Assembly (NCBI GenBank): GCA_046728915.1
Contig: JBKPFQ010000060.1
Location: 5,311-69,310 of the forward strand
Reading direction: 5' to 3'
From: Actinomycetota bacterium
Lineage (GTDB): Bacteria > Actinomycetota > Thermoleophilia > Solirubrobacterales > 70-9
DNA length: 64,000 bases
Positions within the stretch are counted from its first letter, which is position 1; each line of letters starts with the position of its first letter. The notes below the pieces were generated by a model. That model saw only the letters and a list, made by a program, of their open reading frames with translations. It was not told the origin of the DNA and made no database searches. Positions 36,159 through 44,768 of this stretch are shown in pieces. The position numbers and the translations under genes were made by a program.

Positions 36159-37697
36159 GTGGGCTGGGCCGGGCGGACCACCAAGACGACCGCGAGGTGG
36201 GCGGGCATCCTCGTGGGACTAGGCACGCTCGCGATCGGGCTCGCCGCGGCGCGCGCGCTCGGAGGCGGGAGTGCCGCGGCCGCCGCCAAGGAGCCGCCGA
36301 ACTTCCTGCTCATCCTCGCCGACGACCAGGCCCAGAACAGCTTCAAGCGCGCCTACATGCCGCGAACCTTCGACCGCATCGTCGACCGGGGCACGCGGTT
36401 TCGCGACGGCGTAGCGGCGCCGCCGCTCTGCTGCCCGGACCGCGCGGGGATCCTCACCGGCCGGTATCCGCACAACCACGGCGTCTTCTCGAACGACCCC
36501 GGATATCCGAGCCTCCGCGACCCGCAGGACACGCTCCCCGTGTGGCTCGACCGAGCCGGCTATCGGACGGGCTTCATCGGCAAGTACCTGAACCACTACA
36601 CCGATGTCGCCGGGGCCGCTCCGGCGCCGGGCTTCGATCGCTGGTTCGGGATGATGGGACTTCCGAGCTACTACGACTACAACGCCAGCAAGAACGGCAG
36701 GATCCGCCACTTCGGACACCGGCGCCGCGACTACTCCACGGACGTCCTGACGCGCAAGGCGAAGCTGTTCCTGAGACGAAGCTCGCACACGAGCTCCCCG
36801 TTCTTCCTCTGGATCGCCTACGAGGCGCCGCACGGATGGAAGTCCGACATCCATCCCTGCCGCAGGAAATCCTCCGCCGGACCGCCCGACCGGGCGTCCG
36901 TCCGCGCCGTAGAGAACGTCCCGATTCCCCGCCCTCCCTCCTACGACGAGCGCGACGTCTCCGACAAGCCGGCCGCGATCCGGGACCTCCCGCCTCTCGA
37001 CTACGCGGCGATCCAGCAGATCAAGAACGACTGGCACTGCGCGCTCGCGGCCCTGGGCGAGCTGGACAAGGGCGTGGGTCGCGTGATGGCGGAGCTCGAT
37101 CGTGACCGCGAGCTGCGGAACACGATCGTCCTCTACGTGTCCGACAACGGCTACTTCTTCGGCGAGCACCGGCGAGCGACCGGGAAGTCGGACATCTACG
37201 CGCCGGCGCTCAACGTCCCGTTCGCCGTCAAGGTCCCAGACGCCTACCGCCGTGGCTCTCGCGTCCGTGAGAGCAACGCTGTCGTCTCGAACCAGGACAT
37301 CCCCGCGACGCTGGTCGCCTACGCCGATCGGTACCTCCACGACGTTGCGACGTGTGACGGGACGGGCGACTGCCAGCGGATGGACGGCCGCAGCTTCGCC
37401 CCGCTCGTCGGCGGCCGGGGCAGCTGGCCGGAAGACCGCGGGGTGCTGGCAGAGATCGCCTCGAGCAGCCACCGCTACAGGGCGATCCGCACGCCCGACT
37501 ACGCGTATTCCGAGCTCGCGACGGGAGAGCGCGAGCTCTACGACCTGGGCGCGGACCCCTACGAGTTGCACAACGAGGCGGGCGCGCCGGGATACGCGGA
37601 GATCCAGCAGCGCCTCGCCGCGCGGCTCGCCCTGCTGCGCTCGTGCTCGGGCATCCGGGGACGGGACGCGCCCTCGGCGCGCCCCTTCTGCGAGTAG
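36159..37697 (+). CDS. Secreted Cys-type sulfatase 2
   Basis: Signal-like N-terminus (WAGILVGLGTLAIGLAAARA). NFLLILADDQ. APPLCCPDRAGILTGRYPHNHGV. GKYLNHY. C-terminal ...CSGIRGRDAPSARPFCE. Confidence 0.85.
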   Translation: MGWAGRTTKTTARWAGILVGLGTLAIGLAAARALGGGSAAAAAKEPPNFLLILADDQAQNSFKRAYMPRTFDRIVDRGTRFRDGVAAPPLCCPDRAGILTGRYPHNHGVFSNDPGYPSLRDPQDTLPVWLDRAGYRTGFIGKYLNHYTDVAGAAPAPGFDRWFGMMGLPSYYDYNASKNGRIRHFGHRRRDYSTDVLTRKAKLFLRRSSHTSSPFFLWIAYEAPHGWKSDIHPCRRKSSAGPPDRASVRAVENVPIPRPPSYDERDVSDKPAAIRDLPPLDYAAIQQIKNDWHCALAALGELDKGVGRVMAELDRDRELRNTIVLYVSDNGYFFGEHRRATGKSDIYAPALNVPFAVKVPDAYRRGSRVRESNAVVSNQDIPATLVAYADRYLHDVATCDGTGDCQRMDGRSFAPLVGGRGSWPEDRGVLAEIASSSHRYRAIRTPDYAYSELATGERELYDLGADPYELHNEAGAPGYAEIQQRLAARLALLRSCSGIRGRDAPSARPFCE

Positions 37698-38507
37698 CTA
37701 GGAGGCGGGCGCCAGCCGCCCCAGCAGCTCCGCGACCTCGCTCGCCGGCTCGGCGTCGCGCTCGGGCTGGACCAGGCTGTAACCGAACCGGTTGGCCCGC
37801 GCCTCGTAGCGACGCGCGAGCTCCTCGTTCTCACGCCGCCGAAACGGCCGGAGGCGGGCGTTCCAGCGTTTGAAGTACGCATCGTTGATGCCGCTGCGCG
37901 CCGGGAAGCTCGCTCCGGAGGGGTCGAGCCCCAACCGGTCCTGGATGCGCCCGACGACCCCCTGCGGGTCGGCCACGAAGTCCTCGTAGCGCACCAGCAT
38001 CAGCCGGCGAATCCGAGGAGCGTCCTCGAGAAAGATCTCGTGGCACACGAGCCAGTGTTCGATCAACGACTCGAGCGACGTCTCGCTCCACTTCTGGGTG
38101 GCGTAGGACACCGCGATCGGGTGACGCATGATCACGACGAAGCTGGCATCACCGAACAGCGCCTGCAGGAAGCGCAGCTTGAGCAGGTTCGGCGGCGACT
38201 TCTCGATCAGGACCCGCTTGTCCAGGTTCCAGTACTCGCCCCATTCGGCGAGCAGTCGATCGCGATTGGCGTCGGTCGCGAGGGTCGAGTTCTCGGTCAG
38301 GTGGCTGCGCTCGTCGAACCCGAACCTCCCGGTGCCGCCGAACTCCCGAGCGATGGGGTAGACGCTCTGCAGGAACTGTCCCTCGTTGGCGAGGGCCTCC
38401 GTCTTGCGAAACCCGCTCGCCTCCTGATGCTTCGCGATCGCGCGCGCGAGCAGGGTCGTCCCGCTTCGGTGCAATCCGCCGACGAAGACCAACTCGTGCT
38501 CGGCCAC
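37698..38507 (-). CDS. Sulfotransferase 1 (Sulfotransfer_3-like)
   Basis: GTG 38507. 5'-PSB GGLHRSGTTLLA and 3'-PB VIMRHPIAVSYA. Its stop codon directly abuts the sulfatase 2 stop (TAG|CTA). Confidence 0.75.
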   Translation of the reverse strand: MAEHELVFVGGLHRSGTTLLARAIAKHQEASGFRKTEALANEGQFLQSVYPIAREFGGTGRFGFDERSHLTENSTLATDANRDRLLAEWGEYWNLDKRVLIEKSPPNLLKLRFLQALFGDASFVVIMRHPIAVSYATQKWSETSLESLIEHWLVCHEIFLEDAPRIRRLMLVRYEDFVADPQGVVGRIQDRLGLDPSGASFPARSGINDAYFKRWNARLRPFRRRENEELARRYEARANRFGYSLVQPERDAEPASEVAELLGRLAPAS

Positions 38508-38559
38508 GGCGAGCGATCCTAGATGGCCGAGAGCGGTGGTCGCTCGGGAGCGACGCCCG

Positions 38560-40176
38560 CTACTCGCAGTAGGGCCTGGCGTCGACCCTGTGGTCACGGC
38601 TGGCGATCCCGGCGCAGATGCGGAGCGTTTGCAGGCGTCGCGCGAGGTCCACCTGCCGCTTGCTCGGCGGGCAGCTCGTTGGCGCGCCGCCATGGCACAG
38701 GTTCTGAAGCTCCTGCGGATCGTCCTTCAGGTTGTAGCGCTCCACCTGAAGGGTCTGATCGCAGTGGTGCGTGGCGAGATTCACGACGCTGTAGTGCTCC
38801 ACGTAGATCGCATTTCCCGTCCTGATTCCGGCGAAGTCGCAGGTCGCGTAGCTGCGGGGCGTCGAGACCCGGTACTCCGTTAACAGGCCGCGCTTGGCCG
38901 GCCAACCGCCCTGATCGCTCAGCAGCGGCATGAGCGAGCGACCGTCCATGACCCGGCACTGTCCGTTCGGGGGACACGGCTCGCCTTGGGCCAGATCGAG
39001 GATCGTCGGCGCCAGGTCGATGTTGGCCACCGGTTCGCCGGACAACGGGGTGCGGCGGGCTCCGTCGCGGTAGCGCTTCGGCATCCGGATTACGAGCGGC
39101 TCGTGCAGGGCCTCCTCGTAGGGGAGGACCTTGCCCCTGAAGAGGCGGTGCTCGCCGAAGAACTGGCCGTTGTCCGAGATGTAGATGAAGACCGTCTTGC
39201 GGATCTCCCCCGCCTTCTTCACGGCGTTGAAGACGCGCGCGACGCTCCGATCCACGCCCACGAGCGAGGCGAGCGCGCATCCCCAGTGCTTCTTGATCTT
39301 CTTCTGCTCGTCGAAGGTGAGCGGCGGAGCGGCCCTGAGGAACGCCGGCTTGTCGGCCATGTTCGCCTCGTTGAACGCACGCGGTCGCGGCAAGGGAACA
39401 TCGCGGAACATGTGGATGTCATGGGGGTCGGGCTCGGGGACGGCCGTACCCTTGCCGCATCGGCCGGGGCGATTTCCATGCGCCACGTGGGGGGCTCGCT
39501 GGTCGACCTGCAGATAGAACGGCCTCGTGTCCGGCGCGTACTGCCGTACCGCCCCCACGGCCTTGCGCGTAACCACCCGCGTCACGTAATCGCGGTTCGC
39601 CATCCCCTTCTTGATCGGGGTGCCGTTGTTGGAGAGCGAATAGCCGTAGTAGCGGCCGTCGCCGCTCAAGAGCGTCTGCCAGTCAGTCCATCCGGGAGCG
39701 ACCTCCGCGGGATTGGCGACCGCCCTGCCGTAGGCGTTCAGGAACTTGCCGACGTGGATCGTGTTGTATCCCGCCTGCTGGAGCCACACTGGAAGGACGT
39801 TTCCCTTGTCGATCAGGGCCCCGTAGCCGCCGCCCCTTCCGTTATTGAGGACACCGTGGTTGTGGGCGTACTGGCCGGTGATCAGCGAGGCCCGCGATGG
39901 ACAGCACAGGGCCGTGGTGACGATGTAATCGCTGAACGACGTCCCGTGATTGGCCAGGAGCTTCGTCGTCTTGGGCATCACGTCGGGCGTGAACTCGCTC
40001 GCCGTCTGATCGTCGGCCTGGATCAGGACGACGTTCGGCCTGCCCGCGGCGCTCGCGCTCGGCGCCGCGATCAAGGCCCCGAGGGCGACCAGCGAGACCG
40101 CCAGCAGCCCAAACCCGAGCTTTCTCTGGATCTTGAATCGCATCCCTGGAAGCGTGCGCGGGTCGGCGCGGACCAT
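38560..40176 (-). CDS. Secreted Cys-type sulfatase 3 (close paralog of sulfatase 1)
   Basis: Signal LGFGLLAVSLVALGALIAAPSASAA. NVVLIQADDQ. TTALCCPSRASLITGQYAHNHGV. GKFLNAY. C-terminal ...CAGIASRDHRVDARPYCE. Alternative start ATG 40143. Confidence 0.85.
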   Translation of the reverse strand: MVRADPRTLPGMRFKIQRKLGFGLLAVSLVALGALIAAPSASAAGRPNVVLIQADDQTASEFTPDVMPKTTKLLANHGTSFSDYIVTTALCCPSRASLITGQYAHNHGVLNNGRGGGYGALIDKGNVLPVWLQQAGYNTIHVGKFLNAYGRAVANPAEVAPGWTDWQTLLSGDGRYYGYSLSNNGTPIKKGMANRDYVTRVVTRKAVGAVRQYAPDTRPFYLQVDQRAPHVAHGNRPGRCGKGTAVPEPDPHDIHMFRDVPLPRPRAFNEANMADKPAFLRAAPPLTFDEQKKIKKHWGCALASLVGVDRSVARVFNAVKKAGEIRKTVFIYISDNGQFFGEHRLFRGKVLPYEEALHEPLVIRMPKRYRDGARRTPLSGEPVANIDLAPTILDLAQGEPCPPNGQCRVMDGRSLMPLLSDQGGWPAKRGLLTEYRVSTPRSYATCDFAGIRTGNAIYVEHYSVVNLATHHCDQTLQVERYNLKDDPQELQNLCHGGAPTSCPPSKRQVDLARRLQTLRICAGIASRDHRVDARPYCE

Positions 40177-40257
40177 CCATGCGTCAACTACCGCATCTGA
40201 CCCGCCGCCCCTGCCCGAAGCAGCCGAATCATCGTAGCGAAGGCGGGCGCGGCGCTC

Positions 40258-40962
40258 TCAGGCTTGGGCGATCGCGGACAAAACGTCCCAGAGCTCCAGT
40301 GCGCCGGGGCTCTCGACCTCCGAGCGCCACCCCGCGTCTCCCCCGTGCTCGATGAGACCGGGCTCGAAGAAGACCGACTCGCCGCCCGTCTGGAGATCCC
40401 AGAATCCGAGGGCGAGCGAGACCTGCCGGTCGACGCTGTCGTGCCGGTCGAAGTCGATCACTGGAAACGGGTTCCGCCGGTGCTCGGCGAGCAGCTCTCG
40501 GTTGTAGACGGCCCAGAGGTCTTCCCACTGCCGGCCCGAAAGCTGAGGATGACGGCGGGGACGCTCGGCGGCCCGGCGGGCCAGCGACCGCCGCACCGCC
40601 ACCGGATTGCGGATCACGCCGATCCGTTTGAGGTCGAGGTCGCTCCAGAGGTCGGGGCAGACGAGGATTCGTGGGTCCTTGACCCCGACGGTCTCGCCCT
40701 GGACGGTCGACAGGATCTCGTCGCGGCGGCGGCGGTCGCTCGGCTCCACGCGCACGGCCTCGGGCGGATCCCACCACGATCCCCCGCTGCGCTCGAGCAA
40801 CGATTCGTGGAGGCGGTTCAGCTCGGGAAGCTCGCGGTTGCCCCGGGGGTTGAACCGGTTGCGCCTTCTGACGGGTCCCAATTCCACGCCATGGTCCGCC
40901 AGCATGCCCGCGACGGCGGAGGTGCCGCTGCGGTGCATGCCCAGGATCGCGACGAGCGCCAC
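40258..40962 (-). CDS. Sulfotransferase 2 (short, Sulfotransfer_3-like)
   Basis: ILGMHRSGTSAVAG (5'-PSB) and GVIRNPVAVRRSL (3'-PB). GTG start. Confidence 0.65.
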   Translation of the reverse strand: MALVAILGMHRSGTSAVAGMLADHGVELGPVRRRNRFNPRGNRELPELNRLHESLLERSGGSWWDPPEAVRVEPSDRRRRDEILSTVQGETVGVKDPRILVCPDLWSDLDLKRIGVIRNPVAVRRSLARRAAERPRRHPQLSGRQWEDLWAVYNRELLAEHRRNPFPVIDFDRHDSVDRQVSLALGFWDLQTGGESVFFEPGLIEHGGDAGWRSEVESPGALELWDVLSAIAQA

Positions 40963-40972
40963 CGGCAGAGGG

Positions 40973-41911
40973 CTAGCGAGCGCCGCTCGCGGCCGCCAGC
41001 GAGTCCTCGGCGCGACGCAGCCATCCCGTCACGGGCTCCCCGAACCGGTCCGAGAGCTCCCTGAGCTGGGGGAGGTAGAGCTCCGCCAGATGTACGCGAA
41101 AGTGCTCGGGGATCGCCGTCGAGTACGCCCGCGAGGCGTTGACCTTCCGGTTGAGGCCCGCCGGGATGTGCTCCTCGCTGTCGGAGACGCCCAGGAACCG
41201 GTACAGGCGCAGCAACAGATCTCGGGGGTCCTCCTGGATCTCGTCGAGAAAGCCCACGAACATCTGGTCGCGGCCGAAGACCCCCTCCCAGGTCTCGAAG
41301 GTCCGTACGTAATCGGTGCGCAGCACGTGGGCGGTTCGCTCGAAGTGCCGGAGAAGCTGCTTGTCGGTGATCCTCTCGGGAGAGCGCCCTCGTCGGCGAG
41401 CCAGCTCGCTTATCGCCGACGACCAGCTCCTCTCGATCGGATCGCGCAGCAGGTAGATCACCCGCAGATCGGGGTTGATCTCGCGGATCTCCTCGACGAT
41501 GTCGCGTTTCAGTATCGAGTAGGCCGGCGTGATCTCACCCGCGATCTGCCCCGGTCCCGGCTGGAAGATGCGCTCGTACCAGCGATTTGTGCGCGGCGGG
41601 ACGAAGAAGTGGATGTCCCAGGCCAGCTGGGACAGAAGCGTGCCGTCGCGCCACCGGTCCCGGTAGGTCGCGACGCTCGTGTAGCGGCGGGCGCGCTTTC
41701 GCAGATGGCGCCGGTAGAAGTTGTTGCGGCGCCGCTTCCGGTGGCGGCTGTCGAAGTAATGGACCTCCTTCACGGGCGTCAGCCAGATCTCGGGGTGCTT
41801 ACCGAGATTCGCGTGAAGCCAGGTCGTGCCCGCGCGTGGGGCTCCGATCCCGAGAAAGGTCGGCAGGTTTGCGTCGTCGCTTCGCCGAGTCATCGTCGTC
41901 CGCGCGAGCAT
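40973..41911 (-). CDS. Sulfotransferase 3 (carbohydrate/heparan-sulfate-type, Sulfotransfer_1-like)
   Basis: GIGAPRAGTTWLH (5'-PSB) and YLLRDPIERSWSS (3'-PB, RDPxxRxxS form). ATG 41911 or 41893. The listed N-terminus is Arg-rich shadow. Confidence 0.75.
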   Translation of the reverse strand: MLARTTMTRRSDDANLPTFLGIGAPRAGTTWLHANLGKHPEIWLTPVKEVHYFDSRHRKRRRNNFYRRHLRKRARRYTSVATYRDRWRDGTLLSQLAWDIHFFVPPRTNRWYERIFQPGPGQIAGEITPAYSILKRDIVEEIREINPDLRVIYLLRDPIERSWSSAISELARRRGRSPERITDKQLLRHFERTAHVLRTDYVRTFETWEGVFGRDQMFVGFLDEIQEDPRDLLLRLYRFLGVSDSEEHIPAGLNRKVNASRAYSTAIPEHFRVHLAELYLPQLRELSDRFGEPVTGWLRRAEDSLAAASGAR

Positions 41912-41946
41912 CGTAGCCCCGGCCCACGGATAACCTGCTCCGGCCG

Positions 41947-42864
41947 ATGATCCACATCGCCACCGTCCACTGGGCCTACGACCGCTGGATCGACGTCCAG
42001 CTGGAGTACTTCGAGCGCAATGTCTCCGAGCCCTATCGCGTCTATGCATGGCTGGACGCGGACATCATGGACAACGCGCCGAAGTTCTTCTACGCGACCG
42101 ACATCCCCCTCAAGGAGCACGAGCTCAAGCTGACGCTCCTCGGCGACCTCGTGGCACATGCCGCGGAGCCCGACGAGATGATCGTCTTCATCGACGGCGA
42201 CGCCTTCCCGATCGCGCCGATGGTCCCGTTCCTGCGAGAGAAGCTCGCCTCCTACCCCCTCGTCGCCGTCCGCCGCGACGAGAACAACGGGGACCCGCAA
42301 CCGCATCCATCCTTCTGCGCGACCACCGCCGGCTTCTGGCGGGAGTTGCCCGGCGACTGGCGCCGCGGCTACAAGTGGCGAAACCGCCAGGGCGACAACG
42401 TCACCGACGTCGGCGGGAACATGCTGGGGCTGCTCCAGTCCAAGGGGATCGACTGGTACCCGCTCCTGCGAACGAACAAGGTCAACCCGCATCCGCTCCA
42501 GTTCGGGGTCTACGGCGACCTCATCTACCACCATGGCGGCGGCTTTCGCAAGACCGCCGGCGGCCGGGTCTCGTGGATGCCCCACCGCGATGCCATCCGG
42601 AAGGGGAGCTTGCGAGGCTGGCTCGCATCCCGGCTGCCGCGCAAGGGCCGGCTCGGCTACCTGAGGCGGCGGATCGACCCCGTGCGCCGGTACCGCGAGG
42701 CGCTCGCGGAGCGGCTCGCCGCCGTCAACGAGCAGGTCTTCGACCTGATCAAGCGCGACGACGAGTTCTACCGGCAGCTCCTGGAGCCGGAGCGCGGAGG
42801 CGAGCTGGCGGAGCTCCAAGCACTGTCGCTGGACGGCGGCGAGAGGGTGGCCGCTAAGCGGTGA
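41947..42864 (+). CDS. Orphan protein with DxD-type motif (possible nucleotide-sugar transferase)
   Basis: Normal composition (W, Y, F, K, N present). MIVFIDGDAFPI. No TM segment or signal peptide. Charged helical C-terminus. No family recognised. Its 3' end overlaps purQ by 11 nt on the opposite strand. Confidence 0.6.
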   Translation: MIHIATVHWAYDRWIDVQLEYFERNVSEPYRVYAWLDADIMDNAPKFFYATDIPLKEHELKLTLLGDLVAHAAEPDEMIVFIDGDAFPIAPMVPFLREKLASYPLVAVRRDENNGDPQPHPSFCATTAGFWRELPGDWRRGYKWRNRQGDNVTDVGGNMLGLLQSKGIDWYPLLRTNKVNPHPLQFGVYGDLIYHHGGGFRKTAGGRVSWMPHRDAIRKGSLRGWLASRLPRKGRLGYLRRRIDPVRRYREALAERLAAVNEQVFDLIKRDDEFYRQLLEPERGGELAELQALSLDGGERVAAKR

Positions 42865-43543
42865 CGGCCTCGGGCGCCGACGCGGTGACGTAGGCCGCCG
42901 CGGACTCGAACAGGCGCAGGCCGTCCTCGGAGCCGCAGAGCGCGTCCACCGCGTGCTCGGGATGGGGCATGAGGCCCACGACGTTGCCACGCTCGTTTGC
43001 GATGCCGGCGATGTCGCGGGCCGATCCGTTGGGGTTGTGCCCGGGCGCGTAGCGCAGCACCACCCCGCCGCGGGCCTCAAGCGCGTCGAGGTGCTCCGGT
43101 GGCGCGAAGTAGCGGCCGGTCTGATGCTTTACGGGGATCGACAGGACGTCGCCGGGCTCGCAGTTCCGCGTGAAGGCGGTATCGGCGGTCTGGACCACGA
43201 CGTCGACCTGGCGGCAGGTGAATCGAAGCGACTCGTTCGTGAGCAGCGCTCCGGGCAGGAGCCCCGATTCGCACAGCACCTGAAAGCCGTTGCAGATCCC
43301 GAACACGGGGCCGCCGTCCGCGGCGTGCCCGGCCACGGCCCGCATCGCGGGCGCGAAGCGGGCGATGGCGCCGGCGCGCAGATAGTCGCCGTACGAGAAC
43401 CCTCCGGGCACGACCACGACGTCGATCTCGTCCAGGCTCTCCTCCTCGTGCCAGATCATCCGGGCGTCGCCGACCCGGCTGCACGCGGCCAGCGCGTCGC
43501 GGTCGTCGCAGGACCCGGGGAACTGGACGACGCCGAACCTCAT
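42854..43543 (-). CDS. purQ: Phosphoribosylformylglycinamidine synthase glutaminase subunit PurQ
   Basis: VVVPGGFSYGDYLR, catalytic GICNGFQVL, and MPHPEHA. Confidence 0.93.
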   Translation of the reverse strand: MRFGVVQFPGSCDDRDALAACSRVGDARMIWHEEESLDEIDVVVVPGGFSYGDYLRAGAIARFAPAMRAVAGHAADGGPVFGICNGFQVLCESGLLPGALLTNESLRFTCRQVDVVVQTADTAFTRNCEPGDVLSIPVKHQTGRYFAPPEHLDALEARGGVVLRYAPGHNPNGSARDIAGIANERGNVVGLMPHPEHAVDALCGSEDGLRLFESAAAYVTASAPEAVTA

Positions 43544-43764
43544 TTCGCGACCTCGATCTCGTAGTCCTCGATCAGCGGGTTCGCGAGGAGCTTCTCGCAG
43601 AGCTCCTCGAGCCGGTCGGGATCGTCGGTATCGAGCTCCACCAGTCGCCCGACCCTCACATGGGAAACGCCCTGGAATCCCAGCGCCGGCAGCGCCCCCT
43701 CGACCGCCTTGCCCTGGGGGTCGAGGATGCCCTCCTTCGGCCTGATCAGCACCTTGGCTCTCAC
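43540..43764 (-). CDS. purS: Phosphoribosylformylglycinamidine synthase subunit PurS
   Basis: 74 aa: KVLIRPKEGILDPQGKAVEGAL..., LANPLIEDYEIE. ATGA overlap with purQ. Confidence 0.9.
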   Translation of the reverse strand: MRAKVLIRPKEGILDPQGKAVEGALPALGFQGVSHVRVGRLVELDTDDPDRLEELCEKLLANPLIEDYEIEVAK

Positions 43765-43795
43765 AAACGTGAGCGTAGTGGGCTCGGCGGCGAGA

Positions 43796-44749
43796 TCAGT
43801 CCGCGGATGGCGCCAGCGCCCCGGCCGCGTCCAGCTGCGCCGCGAGCCCCGCCCGGAGGTCCGTCCGCGGCTGCCAGCCGAGCTCGGAGCGGATCCTCGT
43901 CGTGTCGGCGAGCGTTCGCTTGACGTCGCCCGGCGCCCGCTCCCCGTAGCGCACGTTCAGCGGGCGGCCGGCGAGCTCCTCGACCAGGGCGACGACGTCT
44001 CGAAGCGCCGACTCGCTCCCGCCGCCCACGTTGTAGGTAGCGCCGGCAGGCGCCTCGCGCATCGCCGCGATCGTCGCGCCGACCGCGTCGGCCACGAACG
44101 TGAAGTCCCGCGACTGGTTGCCGTCGCCGTAGATCTCGAACTCGCTTCCGCTCACGAGCGCCGCGACGAGGCGGCTGAAGGCCATGTCCGGGCGCTGGCG
44201 CGGCCCGTACACGGTGAAGTAGCGCAGCGCCACGTATTCGAGCGCGGCGTCGCGCGCGTGCGCGTCAGCCAGGTGCTCGCACGCGAGCTTGGTGACCCCG
44301 TAGGGGGAGATGGGTGAGGGCCTCGTGTCCTCGGGCGTGGGGTAGGCCAGTGCGTCGCCGTAGATGGACGACGAGGACGCCAGCACCAGGGGGATCCCCC
44401 GGCTGCTGGCGGCCCCGACGACGGCGTGCGTGGCGAGGATGTTGTCGGCGACGTAGGCGTCGAAGCCGGAGCCCCAGCTCGCCCGTACGCCGGGCCGAGC
44501 GGCCAGGTGGAAGACGCCATCAACGCCGTCCAGAGCCACGTTGGGGAGAGGCTCGGAGACGAGGTCCTGCTCGATCAGCGTGAAGCAGGGATGGGCGCGG
44601 GCGTCGCCAATTGCCGCCTCCTTCGCATCGCGCTCGTAGTAGTCGGTGAACGCGTCGATGCCCACGACATCGCAGCCCTCCGCCAACAGGGCGTCGGTGA
44701 GCGTCGAGCCGATGAACCCGGCGCAGCCGGTCACGAGGTACCGTGGCAT
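43796..44749 (-). CDS. NAD-dependent NDP-sugar epimerase/dehydratase (SDR)
   Basis: VTGCAGFIGS Rossmann motif, catalytic SPYGVTKLACE (YxxxK), and RYFTVYGPRQRPDMA. Confidence 0.85.
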   Translation of the reverse strand: MPRYLVTGCAGFIGSTLTDALLAEGCDVVGIDAFTDYYERDAKEAAIGDARAHPCFTLIEQDLVSEPLPNVALDGVDGVFHLAARPGVRASWGSGFDAYVADNILATHAVVGAASSRGIPLVLASSSSIYGDALAYPTPEDTRPSPISPYGVTKLACEHLADAHARDAALEYVALRYFTVYGPRQRPDMAFSRLVAALVSGSEFEIYGDGNQSRDFTFVADAVGATIAAMREAPAGATYNVGGGSESALRDVVALVEELAGRPLNVRYGERAPGDVKRTLADTTRIRSELGWQPRTDLRAGLAAQLDAAGALAPSAD

Positions 44750-44768
44750 TGGGGGAACTTAGCGCCCG

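Noticed and set aside
34781-37105. 774-aa plus-strand ORF spanning GT-A and the start of sulfatase 2.
   Set aside because: It is antisense to GT-A and out of frame with sulfatase 2, and it is Arg/Pro-rich. The real genes are supported by paralog comparison within the window.
38511-38547. Hairpin CGAGCGATC-N19-GGTCGCTCG between sulfatase 3 and sulfotransferase 1.
   Set aside because: It may be an attenuator or terminator, but the loop is large, there is no U-tract, and I have no second copy or conservation evidence.
41890-43080. 396-aa minus-strand ORF opposite the DxD protein.
   Set aside because: Its composition is Arg/Pro/Gly/Val-rich with almost no K, N, F or Y. The plus-strand ORF has balanced composition and GC-rich third positions, so it is the better coding candidate.
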